DNA of 64,000 nucleotides from the human T2T-CHM13v2.0 reference genome, Homo sapiens. Shown here in pieces: positions 1 to 16,700 of the stretch (position 1 is the stretch's first letter; each line of letters starts with the position of its first letter). The translations under genes were made by a program, and so were the position numbers. The stretch lies in assembly GCF_009914755.1 (NCBI RefSeq), contig NC_060941.1; one strand, 5' to 3'. The notes beneath the pieces were generated by a model, which was not told the origin of the DNA, made no database searches, and worked only from the letters and a program-made list of their open reading frames with translations.

Positions 1-2
1 GG

Positions 3-374
<372 letters not shown>

Positions 375-968
375 TCACGGTGGGACCTGGAGTCAGATAA
401 GGTGCAAGTGGGAGAGGCCCCACTGACCCAGCTCCACATGGGGTCTGGGGAGTCCCATCTGGCAGTGGAATATGGGGTTAATTTAAGGGTGTGGGCTCTG
501 AACCAGGCCACTTTCTCACTGTGTGACCTCATGCAAGTCTCTCAACTTCTCTGAACCTCAGTTTTCTCATAATGATAACATCTCCGTTATGGATAAGTGC
601 ACAGTGACTGGCATATTGGCAACGTGAAATGGGTACCTCTGAGTGTGTCGTGATCAGAGAGCATCTCCTTCACATCTCTTTGTTGTTCCCCTCAGCTTGG
701 ACCTACTCCCTGCTCCCCTGCTCCTCCCATGCCCCAGAGTCCCTTGGGGAGCAAGTCCTAGACTCATCCTGACTCAGACCAAAGCCTACTGCTATGAGAG
801 GAGCTCAGACCTGTTGAATGTCTCACGTCCTCCCCCTCCCATGAACCTTCCGTGGCTTCTCCCTTGGCCTCAGGGTAAACTCTTAACACTTCAGACTCAA
901 GATCTGGCTCCACTTACATGTCCAGCTTCATTTACTTTATATCCTCTCCGATGAAGCAAGCAGGCCCC

Positions 969-1818
<850 letters not shown>

Positions 1819-2132
1819 AAACTGGCCAGAGGCAGAGCCTGTCCTGGCTGGGACTGGGCAGAGGAACTAACTGGAACCTCTCACACTCGGCGTGTCCACC
1901 CAGGACAGGCCTTGTGGGGCTGGGACTGGAGGCGGTGCAGCTGTGGGTCAAGATCATGGCAGACATGACTGCAGCGCTGCCCCGCTGTGCTTCGGGGGTG
2001 GCTGGCCTGCCTCACGGCCCAGGAGGAGCAAATTGGGCCCTATGTTTCAGTTTCTCCACCAGTCATCCCTGGGGCAGCTTGCTGCTTTATTGATGTTTTA
2101 AGATGAAAGATTTCAGATAAAGATGTGTTCAA

Positions 2133-2420
<288 letters not shown>

Positions 2421-3354
2421 AGATGTGTTCAAGGTTCCCACCCTCTGATCTGTATGAGGCATAGGGCAAAACAGGATTCCCCCTACTCCATTCCAGTCAA
2501 GGGGTCCAAACCACTTCTAAACACACCTCCAGGCATTTGCACACAGAGTGTCCTCCAGCTAGAGGGAATTTTTCTTGAAATCCTCATGCCCCAGTGGGGA
2601 AACTGAGGCCCCGAGTGCAGCCGCGACCTGCCCAGAGCCACAACAGCAAGAAAGGTCAGAGCTGGGGCCACATTTGAGCTCATACATGTAAAACGTTGCC
2701 TAATGCCCTCCTGATTGGTTATTATCACATAACAATAGCAATAATAATTATTCCAATTATGCTATTACTATTGTTCCAGAGCTCATCATTCCAAGTCCAT
2801 TTCTACTTTGCCATGTTGCTACCTGGGCTGTGCCCCCCAGGAGGCCCTCCCTCCCTGCCTCATCCTCTCTGCCTGGCCAAACCTTAGCTACCCTTCCCAG
2901 CTCTATAGCCAGCCTGCCTGGACTTAGACCCCAGCCCACCTCTCTGGGCCTCTGCGTCCTGGCCTGCCAAATGTGGGCGATAGTGCACTCCTTGCAAGGG
3001 AGCTGAGAGGCCTGGGACCCTGGGGGCTGTGTGGGTGCTGCCAACAGAGCCACCCTAGGCCCACCTGGCTGGGCTAGGGGCTGTGGGGAGAACACAGAAC
3101 AGTCCCAGCTCCCAACCAGAAAGAAGACAGTTTAGGACCCCGAGGGAGGGCACCTGTTCAGGTGGCTGGCGGAGCTAATAGCTGGGAAAGCCTGGGGCCC
3201 TGTGAGCCGGGTGAGGCAGGGTAGGGGCACAGGATGGCCACTGGGAGGTAGATAGCCCCTCAGCCTCCTGAGCCACAGGCTAGGGATCTTTTTGTTCACA
3301 TTTGGGCTAAATGAGATCCAACCACCAGTCCAAAGCACTTGATGCCTTGATGGG

Positions 3355-3365
3355 ACACATGCGCG

Positions 3366-3420
<55 letters not shown>
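3355..3420. repeat. Compound (GC)n/(CA)n microsatellite
   Basis: cacat gcgcgcacgcgcgc followed by about 23 AC units. Confidence 0.95.
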
Positions 3421-3422
<2 letters not shown>

Positions 3423-3716
3423 CTACCTCTCCTGGGTTGTAAATTGAAATCTGGTTAAACAATTTGGTCGCAATACATTTGCAAGCTTGGGTTCACCCAC
3501 AGCCTGAGTTCCTTCAGGTCTATGGTTCTCCTGAACAAGAGGGTGGTGTCTGTCACCCCAGCTGCCCAGATCTGCTGCTCCATCTGTCCTATCCCTGCCT
3601 GTGGTTGAGTTTCTCCACCAGTCATCCCTGGGGTGGCTTCCTTCCTTATTGATGTTTTAAGATGAAAGATTTAAGATAAAGATGTGTTCAAGTTTCCCAC
3701 CCTCTGGTCTGTATGA

Positions 3717-4130
<414 letters not shown>

Positions 4131-6126
4131 CCAAACCACTTCTAAATACACCTCCAGGCATTTGCACACAGTATTTCCTCCAACTGGAAGGAATTTTTCT
4201 TGAACTCCTACTCATGCCTCAAGGCCCAGGTAAAATGGCGCATCCTGTGAGAGCTGCATCAGACCCCATCACGCAGTCAGGGCCTTCTTGGATCCCTCAG
4301 CCCCTCTCATAGCCTTCTTGTAACTTGCTACTCAAAATGACTTGCATATGAGACACTAAAAAGGCAGGGAGGCAGGAGTGGGCCCTGAAGGTCCAGTCTA
4401 GCTGGGACTCAGCAAACAGAGCATCACTTTCCAGGTCTTAGGTCCTCATTGCGATGCTTTGTTCTTGAAACCCACTTCTGTTGGTTCTGAACTGGGATTG
4501 CAGCCCACCAGGTGTTCTGACCCTGAACCCAGGCTCCGGTGGCCAACCCATTGCTCTAAGATGCATCCAGCCCTCAGGGTCACACAGCCAGAAAGAGAGC
4601 TAGTTCATGTGCTCGTGACGCGGAGGTGGGTGTGCAGGCAGATGTGTGTCTCCTGCCCTGTCTGGCCTTCCGAAGCCTCCCAGAGGCTTCCGAGAGGCAG
4701 CCTCTGAGCCCCATGACTCCCTAGTGCCACGTGCTAACCAGCCCAGGGTTTACTGAACTTTGGCCGTGGTGCCTGGGGAGGAGCACTGCTTCAAGCAGTG
4801 GAGTGACGGTGACCCACAGCTGGGCAGGCGAGAAGCCTGGAGACAGGGATCCCAGTGGCTCCACCTCTGGGGCACCGGGTACCCAGGCAGAAGGCCCTGA
4901 CTCCCTGTTGGCCCCGAGGAGGGGCCTGCATACAGGTGGCCCCACTCCTCTGGGTGAGGGGACAGAAAGGGTGTGGTGGGTTTGAAAATGATTTCAAACC
5001 CAAACGACCACAACTTTGAATTTTATGGTATTTGAAGTTCATCTTTAGATACTTGGAAAGTTATCTAGAGCAGATAGAACGTTATCTGGAGCAGTTCTTT
5101 GATCATATAGTAGAGTCAGGGAGTGGAGAACAGGAGATAAGGGAAAGGGAGCCAGGGACCCAGGGATTCTAGGGCTTTCCAACCTGGGAACTGGAGAATT
5201 CTCAAATCTGGGAAACGTGCATGTGCCAGCCCCTACCTAGTCTGTGTGTGGCACATACTAGGTGCTCAGTAAATGGCAAATCTTGCCCCTTCTCCCACCT
5301 GGTCCAAATGTCCTGCTTTACAGCAGAGGACAGTGAGGCTTGGGTGCAGCCCCTCCTGCTGAGCCAGCCCCTGCCTGAGGCCAAGCGGTGCTGTCTCTGT
5401 CATCTCACAGCCCAGCATCCCAGCTGTCACTCCCTCTCCCAGCCTGGCCCTTTTCCCTAGCCTGGCTGGGCTCTTGCTCATGGCCCTCACCAGAAATAAT
5501 GCCTTTTCCCTTTTCTCTGTCTAGTCTTGACCTTAGCCATCCTTCAAGGCCCAGGTGGAGCCTCAAAGCATTTGAGAATCCCCCAGACTGGGGCTACCCT
5601 CTGGGGCCTCTCCAGACCTCATCTCCACTCCCCTTCCCAAGGCCTGTGGGAACTTCAGGGCTTGCAGGAGGAACTGAATCTGAGTCCAGATGGCCCCGGA
5701 ACCGGGAGGGCTGGATCCAGTGCAGCCGGCTCTGCTGCATGAGCCTCCCAGAGCCAGAGGAGGGAGGGGGCACTGGGATTGTGGGCCTGAGTTGGTGAGA
5801 GGAGAGGCTGCTGGAGCCATTCACTTCAGTGGGCAGTGCCGGGGGTGTGAGAGCGTCTCCATTGTGTCTGAGTGTGCATTCCTGGGATGCTTGTGTGTGT
5901 GTGTGTCTGTGTGTGTCTCCCACTGTGTGGAGTGACTGTTATGTGTGAGTCTCTCACTGAGCAATCATGAGTATCTTTGTCTCTCTGTGTGACCCCTACA
6001 TCCACCTACCCAGGGGAACAAGGGGCTAGGCTGACCCCTGGGCTGTCAGAAAAGCCCCAAGGACCAAGTCAGGCCTAATGCTGGCAGCAGCCAGTCCTGC
6101 CCAGCGAGTTTTTCTGGCCTGGTGGC

Positions 6127-6128
<2 letters not shown>

Positions 6129-6161
<33 letters not shown>
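6129..6161. repeat. (CAG)11, i.e. (CTG)11 on the GRAP sense strand, intron 3
   Basis: Eleven uninterrupted CAG units counted, followed by CAA. Confidence 0.95.
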
Positions 6162-6164
<3 letters not shown>

Positions 6165-9096
6165 AGGTAACAGTGTCAGCCCAGAGAGGAAAAACAAGGC
6201 TGGGGTGGGGGCAGGAGCCCTAGGACACCCCCTCCACCACCCCAACCAGGGCTTGTGGACGTGTGGACCCACCTGGGTGCTAACTGCCCGCTGGGCGATC
6301 TCCATCAGGCATGGCCCCTCTCTGGCCTCAGTTTGCCCATCTGTGAAAAGGAGGGGTGGAACAACCTGTTCGGCAGCAGACAGGAACCAGAGTCAAGCTG
6401 AGCTTGGGAGGGGCAGGACACTGGTGCAGACAGACTCCTGCTGGGTCTTTGGAGCTCAGGGAGGGTGGGTGGAGGACAGACCAGGTCTGTCAGGGCACAG
6501 AGGTCGGTGGGCACCAGCTCTAAGTTCCTCGCTGTGTGACCTTGGGGAAGTTGCTGCACCTCTCCAGGCTTCAGTTTCCTTACCTGCAAGCTGGGCTTCT
6601 GGGGATCAGGCAGGTCTCCTCACTTCCTCCCTGTCCTTGCCTGCAGCCAGTCCCTTCCTCCTAAAATTGCACCCCCCCTCCACCACTTCCCTGCTTCATT
6701 TTCTCCAAAGCCTTGGTCATTGTGTAAGATTTTATACAATTTCCTAATCACTTATTGTCTGTCACCCAGTAGCACATGGGCACTTGAGGGACAGAGAGCT
6801 TTGCCCTATTTTGTTGCTGGCTGAATCCCCAGGCCCTGGGACAGGGCTGGCACACAGCAGGGGTTCAGTGACCAGATGGGCAGGGCAAACACATGTGCAT
6901 TGACTCCAGGGTACCTCTGGCTAGAAAGGAGGCAAATATGTCACTTGGAGACAAACTGTCATTTATGGCAGAAGAGTCCACAGTAGCTTGGATAGGAGTG
7001 TGGGGCAAAAGTTAGGCAGCCCAGACATTGCACGCCAGCCTTGGCCCCTGGCCCGCTGCCCGCCAGCTCAGACATGCTCCCTGGAGGAGGAGGGGGACAG
7101 CCCTTTGTAAACTCATAAAGGGCAGCTAGCTATGGCCACAGTTGCTCTAGGAGGCAGCATGAGGCCCATAAACCCCACCTCTGACAGCTTTACAGGGCTT
7201 GGTGTGAGTATGCCAGAGATGCCATGCATAGTGCCATCAGAGTTCCCAAGTACCAACCAGCAAGGGTGGAAGAGCTCTTACACACAAATCTGCCAGGCTG
7301 TCATTTTCCGAGGTGGCCATCAGGTCACCCGGCTTCCCAGCATCTGGGTTCCCTGACTCCCTGTGCTGCTGCCTCTTCTCTAAGAGTGTTGGATTCATGG
7401 GCCGGGGGTGGGGGGCAGCCTTCCAGGCCAGGAGGGGCTCCCTAATTCCTCCCCAGCTTGGTGTGCAGTCCTTGGAGCCTTAATATAATTATGATAACTG
7501 GCACTTATCATGTGCCAGTCATCATAAAAAACACGTTACATAGCTGTCCATTTTATAAATGAGGAAACTGAGGCTCAGAGGGGTAACTTGCCCAGGATTA
7601 TACAGCGAGCAGCTAGCAGGTGTCAGAGCTGACTGTTGCTCAAAATACCATGCTCTTAGCCACATGCCCCATTTGAGTCTCAGCTTCCAACTCTGACCCC
7701 TGCTTGGTGGTTGTCCAAGGACCACTGAGAGGCCCCATGACAGATGATGGACAGAATGGGAGCAGGACCCAGGAGCCTGGGCCCAGGCAGGAAGAAGCCA
7801 AGGGTCAAGGGCTCCACCTGCTGGTGCTGTGTACAACCCACAGCCAGCCAAGCCCAGGAAGCTCCTGACAGTTTTGACCTGGGCACACTTGGCCAGTATG
7901 CCTTGGACAAAAGGTTCGGGGGCACAGGCCAGGATTTCTCTGAGGGTCGCTTCCAGATCCCTTCCCAGGAAACACCGGTGCTGGCTCGCCTGCTCAAGAA
8001 CTGCTCCCTAAGACTGTCCATCTTCCCTCCTGGTCAGAAAACACGTTGTTATCCAAACACACCCCTCGCTTCCCCACCTCTAGATCTCTACTCATGCTGT
8101 TTCCTGTGCCTGGCATATCATCTACTCTCCTTGTGCGCCAAAATCCTACTCATGCTTTAGAGCCCAACTCAGATGTCACTTCCTCCCTGGTGCCTTCACT
8201 ATGTGGAATGTATCCACTGTCATTGAATTTCATTTATTCATTTGCTCATCATAGAGACCCCTGGGCCAGGCTGTGACCATTTCCCCTTCACATGCCTCTG
8301 GTTTGTCTCCTGTTTCAGTCCTGCCTTGTGGTTTTCACACAGCTGATGCTCAATAAATGCGTGCTGAGCAAACTCACAAGGCTGGGGTGTTCAGGTCTGA
8401 TCATGTGCGTGTGCGCAGGTGGCTGCACTTACAGAGAGACGCCTGAAGAGGGCAGCACACTGGGGCGCTAACTTGGAGAGTGAGGCCGCGTGATTTGTTA
8501 GAGGAGGAAGCCGGAGGGCGGAGGGAGGGCCAGCCCCTCCCCCTCAACTCGGGCTCCAGACGTAGTTTGAGTCCCCTGTGCCCCCACTTTGCTGGGTGAC
8601 CTTGGGCTTTGGGGTTGGTTCCAGGAGCCACTCAGCCAGGCCAGCCCGCCTGGCGGACGCCATTCCCAGGAGATGACCAGGCCCTGGACAGCCGACACTT
8701 GGAAGACTGCCACGTCCTGCCTCCGCAGGAGCCGCAGCTCCCCGGGGCTGCAGGGAAGTGGTGGCTGGGCTGGGGGGGTGGGGGGTGAGCCCGCGGGGAC
8801 TCCAGGCTCCAGGTGCCCACACCATCCCGGGGGTGGGCAGTCAGGGCCAAGAACGCACAGTAAACCCCCAGCACACACAAGCGCACACACGCACATGCTG
8901 ACAGCACTCGCATTTTTAAGATGGGGAAATAGAGGCTCAGAGGGGGCATGCGCGTTCCTGCCCCTCAGGATCACCAGCCTGCCCCCAGGAGAAAAGGGAA
9001 GGGAACAAGGCTGATGGCTGGTTCCACCAACTGGGCGCCCGGGCTCAGGGTGAATGTGGGGGGCTGTGACCCCTGAGACGTTGGATCTGCCTCCCT

Positions 9097-9475
9097 GGTA
9101 TGGTTTGGATGTTTGTCCTCTCCGAATCTCTCACTGAAACGTGACTCCCAGTGTTAGAAGTGGGGCCTGGTGGGGGGTGTTTGGGTCATGGGACAGACCC
9201 TCATCAGTGGCTCTTTGCAGTAATGACTGAGGTCTGGTTGTTGAAAAGAGCCTGGCACCTCCCTCCCCGACTTGCCCCCGTCTCGCCATGTGATGCGCCG
9301 GATCCCCTTCCCCGTTTACCATGCGTAAAAGCTTCCTGAGGCCTCACCAGAGGCACATGCCGGTGCCATGCTTCCTACACAGCCTGTAGAACACCAAGTC
9401 AAATAAACGCCTTTTCTTTATAAATTACCCAGCCTCACGTGTTCCTTTATCACAACACTAAATGGACGAACACAC
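9097..9475 (+). mobile_element. MaLR solo LTR (MST family)
   Basis: Begins tggtatggtttggatgtttgtcc, contains ...aaataaacgccttttctttataaattacccagcctc..., ends aaatggacgaacaca. Confidence 0.8.
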
Positions 9476-9729
9476 CCCTAGAGCCGCCTTCCTGACCATA
9501 GGCTCCTATTCCTTGCGGGTGCCTCCAGGCTCAGGGGAGCTCGCCACCCTGCAGGGCTAGCAGCAGACGTGCTGATCCCACACAGTGAACAGCTTGAGCT
9601 TGTTTCAAAACAGGCCGGCTGAACACATGGGAGTCACAGGGACCCGGCAGAGCCTGGAAGGCATCAGGTGGGTGGGAATGCTTTTCCCCCAGCAGGAGCC
9701 CTCATGGGCTCCTGGCCCAGCCTGTCTGA

Positions 9730-10170
<441 letters not shown>

Positions 10171-11853
10171 TGAGAGGCCACTCTGCCCTCCTCTGGGGCC
10201 ACCCCTTCCTTCATCCCTTCCTCCCGGCTGGACTCTTTACCACCCCAGTGCTAGCTCCGCTGGTGGCAGTAAGAGCTGGCATGGTAAGCGCCTCCTCCAT
10301 TCCGGGCTCTGTGCCCACAGCAGCCCTGAGAGCTGGTACTGCTGGTGGTCCCCCCGCACACCTCCATGCCTGGGCCCAACCATTTCTCTGTGTCCCCTCA
10401 TCAGCCCCTACCCGTACAGTCCCAGAGGCCATCATCTCCCTCCTGACTCCCCACGGGCCTCCCTGCCACCACGCTCTCCCCCAACAGTTCTTTCTCCTCA
10501 CAGCACTCAGAGTCATCTGCTAAAAATGGAGTCCAATTACATCTCTCCCCTGCTCAAGACCCTCCATGGCTCCCTATTGCTCTGAGAGAAAACCCGACCT
10601 CCTTTCAGGCCCTCTGTGATCACTGGATGTGGGTGGAACTCCAGCCCCTGCCCTTCGCTCACTCTGCTCCAGCCACGTCACCTCCTCCGGGCTCCTACAT
10701 GCCCCAATCACATTCCCACCTCAGGGTCTTTGCAAATGCTATTCCCTCTGCCTAGAAGCCTCTCTTCCCAGGTCCTCCTCATTCCTGGGCACCTGGGAAG
10801 CCTCCACCTCCTAGTTCAGATCTTTGCTGCAAGGCCACCTCCTCAGAGAGCCCTTTCCTGACCACCTTGGTTCATTCTGTATTAACATGTTTTCTTGTTC
10901 ACTCACAAAGACTGAAACCCACGACAGCAGCAACTTTGTTTTTTTTCCCATTTGGTTTCCCCAGCCCCTAGAGCATCCTGGCACATGGCACCTAATCAAT
11001 AAATATTCCTTGAATTAATGCATCTAGATTCTACCAAGGCCTAAGAGTAGGAAGGACAGAGACTAACTAGGAGCCTGACCCTGTCTACCCCCACCCCCAT
11101 TCCTGCTGCTACTTTCCAGCCTGGATTCCTCAATCACTCCAGGGTGGCCCTTTAGGATTGGATTCTGTGCTGCCCAGAGGCTGCCACACCACAGCTGAGG
11201 GCCGCCCTAATACAATGCCAGATGTTCCCCAGCACGGCCACCCTGCCTCCATGCCAGGGACTATTCTAATTGCTTTAAATATACCAACTTGTTTCTTCCG
11301 TGCAATAGCCTATTTTACATGTGAAGAAACAGGCACAGAGAAGGTAAGTGACTTGCCCAAGCTCACACAGCCAGGAAGTGGCAGAACTAGCATTTGAGCC
11401 CAGGCAGCCTGGCCTCAGGGTGCATCTTCCCAACTATATCACATAGAGTGGGACCCTGTGCGGAGCACATCCTGGACACCCGCCCTGGGCGTTTCAGCAC
11501 TCTCCTGCCCTCAATCTCTTGCCACATCACCACCCTGGACATCGCCCTCTCCTGATGAAGAACCTATGATGGCTCCTATACTCGTAGAAGCCTGGACCTT
11601 CAGCCTGGCATTGAGGCCTTGCACAGCTGGCCTGATCCTGCTTTCCCAACACACCCCACTGCTCTGGGCTGCACCCTGGGGTGCCCAGACCACCGCCTGT
11701 GTCCGGAAGGCCTCTGCCCGGACTGCTCCCTCTGCAGGGATGCCATTCCTCCACCCTCACTCCGTGAGCCCGTCCCGGGCCCCAAGGCTCAGCTCAAATG
11801 CTGCCCAACCCCGCCCACCCTCCTCTGCACACACCCCCAAGGGCCAGAGCTCA

Positions 11854-12021
<168 letters not shown>

Positions 12022-12530
12022 TCAGCCAGCCTCCCACCCCGTGCCAGGTGTTCAAGGTCTGAGACAAGGGAGATGTGATTGCACCCATTTTACAGATGGG
12101 AAAACTGAGGCACAGAGAGGTGAAGCAATACACCCACAATCACACAGCAGAGGCAGGCAGGAGCTGGAACACAATCCCAGCATTTTAGCTCCTGAGGCCA
12201 GCCTCTCCTACCATGCCAGCAAACACATACCCTTATGGAAACAGAAAAGTCACACTCCAGTGAGCCACACCCCAGCCAACCTCAGTCTAACTTTCCCTTT
12301 GAGATGGTAGATTCTTTAAAGTCAAAAAATAAATCAGGCTCGGTGGTGCGTGACCGTAGTTCAGCTACTCGGGAGGCTGAGATGGGAGGATCACTTGAGG
12401 CCAAGACTTTGAGACCAGCCTGGGGAATAGAGAACCTCCCACCCCCATTCCTTAAAAAAATACTTCTGGCCGGGTGCGGTGGCTCCCGCCTGTAATCCCA
12501 GCACTTTAGGAGGCCGAGGCGGGAGGATCA

Positions 12531-12923
<393 letters not shown>

Positions 12924-13374
12924 TAATATACATATATACATATTTTTTTGTATTTTTAGTAGAGACAGGGTTTCACCATGTTAGCCAGGATGGTTTTGAT
13001 CTCCTGACCTCGTGATCCGCCCACCGCAGCCTCCCAAAGTACTGGGATTACAGGCGTGAGCCACCGCACCCGGCAAAAAAAAAAAAACTTCTTAAGTCGA
13101 AAATATAAAAACATGACAAAAATAATAGTAGCTTTGATATGGTGAGGAAATATCCATTCCACAGTCTCAGGCCACCTGAATTTTTTTCACAGGCACAAGT
13201 TCCTTTTGCTGCTGACCAAACAGAACTGGGTATGCAGAAGTTGCCTGGTAAATGCTTAGACTCTTGCAAGATCCCCAGGGTCTGGGAGTGAAACTCCTTT
13301 TCCAGTCCTGCTTATCTTGCTGTGTGGCTCCTGGTAGCTCCTGGTAGCCCCCGGCCTCTTCAGGAATTTGCCAC

Positions 13375-13720
13375 TGCTATAGGCTGACTTTCTGTCCCCC
13401 AAAATTCAAATATTGAAACCTAATCCCCCATGTGACAGCAGTAAAAGGTGGGGTCATTGGGAGGTGATTAGCAGTCCCCCTGAATGGGATTGGTGCCCTT
13501 ATGAAAGAGACCCCAGAGAGCTCACTTGTCTCTCTGCCATGTGAGGACACAGCTAAAAGACACAGCCGTCTGTGAACCAGGAAGTAGCCTCATCAGACGT
13601 GAATTTGCCGGCACCTTGATCTTGAACTTCAGACTCCAGAACAGTGAGCAACAAATGTCTGTTGTTCATAAGCTACCCAGTGGATGGCATTCCGTGACAG
13701 CAGCCTGCAGGACTAGAACA
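13375..13720 (+). mobile_element. MaLR solo LTR (MLT1A/B-like)
   Basis: tgctataggctga...tgtcccccaaaattcaaatattgaaacctaatcccc...gccggcaccttgatcttgaacttc...ggactagaaca. Confidence 0.75.
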
Positions 13721-16700
13721 CCCACCATCGGAGGGGCTGTGTGGTCTCTGACTGGCTTTCCTAACTCCAGTGTTTTAGCCCAGCTTTGGCTCTGACCCCT
13801 TTATTGTTCGGATGGGGAAACTGAGGCCCAGAGCAGCCACAGGTCTCGTGGTGGCACCATGACAGAATGTTCCCCTTCACTCCTTCCATAAATGCTCCTC
13901 TCCCTGAGTCAGACTGAGCTCGGCACAGGTGGTGGAAGCCAGGCGGGGCTTTTCCTGTTGTTTCGGATGTTGATGAGCCCTCGGGGCTGAGTGCAGAAGG
14001 CGTGCGGTGCTGCACATGCCGCTAGTGTCCTGGCCATGTCCCGGCGCCGGCCTTGGCAGGATGAAGGCTGCTCAGTACAGACCTCGGGGCCTTTTTTCTG
14101 GTGATTGACATATTTGGCCTGGGTTCAGGGCAGGCTGAGGCTCCCAGGAACAGTCTGACTCCCAGTGGTGACTGATGGAGCAGAGGGGTAGACGCCCCAG
14201 CGCCTGGCCTTCCGGAGGCATGACTCCTAGGTGCGCATTCTGTACTGTCTCCAGCTGGCCCTGGTCCCCAGCCAGATGGAGCTCCGGTTACCCCCAGCAG
14301 CGATGACGCCAACAGTTTGCCCCACTGGCTCCCCCACTTCCCTGTCCTCTTCTCCACTGTTATATAAATTCCTTGTTATCAGGCTCGTGTCTCAGGGACG
14401 GCTTCCGGAGAAACCCGAACTCCTAGACATGAGATTCTAGACCACTGCTGCCCCCAAACGAATGGGGGCCCCTCGGCCCCTGTCCCAGCGAGTTTCCTTC
14501 TGGGAGGGGACGTGGGGAAGGTAGCCGCTGGGTATAGGGCTCAGGGCAACCATCCGGAGAGCTCAGCCTGGGTCTTCTGGGGTTTGGAGACCTGAAGGCA
14601 GGTGCCCAGCCAGCCTGGGTGTCTCAAGGCCAGAGGTGAATGCCACAGGCTGCAGCAGGAGGGGAGCGTAGGGGGCCCAGGGTTGGGGTTACCAGGCAGG
14701 GGAGCTGCAGAGAGCTTCTCCACCAGGAAGCCCCCAGCTCCGTCCCGCAACAGTGCCCAGCGTGGCCCAGGGCGGGAGTTTCCTGAGGGGGCAGGTTTCT
14801 TCGAAGAACCCACAAAACTCCTCAGGCGGCATCAGTGTGTGGGTGGCTGTTGCCCTCAGAGAGCATCGCAATCACACCCTCCCAGGAGTTCCCACGTCCC
14901 CTGCCAGCCCTGCCCCCACCATGGCTTGACGGATGGAGGCAAGAAGAAAGCACTTCCTGAAACTCCAGGGCCCGGCTCCTTCCCCCACACCAGTGTCACT
15001 CCATTTGTGGCCATCTCGCATCATTCCTGTTTTACTGATGTGGAAACCGAGGCCCAGATAGGGGCAGAGACGCCCCCACACCCCACCAGATTGCATAGCA
15101 AGTGCATGGCCTGGGACTCTCCCAGTCCCACAGCTGTTCTTATGAGCTTCCCCGCTGTCCTCCAGGGTGTCCCAGCCCAGGGCCATGCCACACGGCTGCA
15201 GTCCCGCTCCACCTCGTGCCAGCTGTGAGATCCTGGGGGGGCACTCAACCTCTCTGTGCCTCTGTCTGCTAATCTCAAAGATGGCGATGGTGGTGCTCAG
15301 CTCTCAGGGCCTTGGGAGGATGCATGAGCTGCTCGTACGCGGGTGTTTGCTGCTCCCCCCACACATCCCCCTGCCAGGCTTGTCTCTGCCTTCCCTGGCA
15401 GACATCTACTTGAACTTCCAGGCCCAGCGGGCCACACCCTTCCTCTAGGAAGCCATCCCTGACTCCCATGGGCCGTGAGGCTGGGTCACTTGCCGCTGTG
15501 GCCCCTGCTGATGGGGCTGGCTCTGGAGCACTTGGCGTACATTGTGCCTCCCCCGGGGGCTCCTGGGGTTGGCAGGGGTGAGAGGGGGTGCCCAGGGAAG
15601 GAGTGGGCCTGGCATAGGCACGAGGCCTACCTCTGAATTTCTGAGGCCCCAGCCCTCCCTCTGACCCCACACCTGAGGCCTTTATGGGCTAAGTCAGGTA
15701 TGGAGCTGGAGTTTCCCCATAGTTATTTTGGGGAGCAAGGCAGGTGCTGAGGTTAGTCGAGGACACACCTGGGCATCACTTCAGGCAGGTTACTCGGGGG
15801 CTTGACCCCATCCCTGCTGTGTCCCAGACACAAATGGCCAGAGATGACCCCAGAGGCATGGGAGGCTGAAACCCTCCATGGCTCCCAACTGCCCTGCTAG
15901 AGTCTTGCCTCGACCACTGGCATCCCCTCGACAGGCCTGGCCCGGCACTGCGGTCTTTTGTCATCTTTTCTCCCCTGCCTGAGCAAATGCGACCCTCTCA
16001 GCAGCTGTAGGCCAGCCAGCCTTCCAGCCATTGCCAGGCCATTTCCTCCACCTGAAGGCCCCTCCCTGACAGCTTGGCCCAGGGGGATTGCTCCCGTTCA
16101 TGCCCTCTGGCATGTCTGGATGGTCCCATTGGCTTACAGGGGCCTGGGGCACTGGCTCCAGCTTGTGGCCCTGGGTCGGATTCTCTCGTCTCTCTCCCTC
16201 TTCGCACACCCCCCTCCCTCTCCCCCTTAATTGACAGAAAGATCACAGAAACCTGCCCAATGTCACACAACCACGCGGGACATAGTGGGGCCTGGAACCC
16301 AGGCTGCCGCCCCAGATGCCGACTGGAAGCTGCAGCCTCTGTGGGGGAGGCTGGGAGTGCCTGCAGCCCGGGCAGGTGGCTGAGGACCTGGGTCGGAGGG
16401 GGCCTCGCCCAGCACAGGAAGCTGGAGGTGGTGGCAGCTTTGGAACTAACTTAAAGAGAGATAAAGAGGAAATACCTCTCATGCCCCACCCTGGCCCTGC
16501 ACCTCCTTCCCTTCCCACCGCACAGCCACACACACATCTCAGCTCCCAAACTGTCCCGCCAGCCTGCTTGGCCCTGTCACCTGTCTCCATATCTGACTGA
16601 GTCCTACCATAACACCTCCATGGCTCCCCACATGGCTTGGCATTTGGGGGCCTCCTGCCAGTCCCACATGCCACAAGTTCTCTCTCATTGCTCTCCCTTT

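Noticed and set aside
14602-15228. 208-aa ORF and similar long ORFs in GC-rich GRAP introns
   Set aside because: Low stop-codon density in GC-rich DNA, non-ATG starts, and no domain or splice support.
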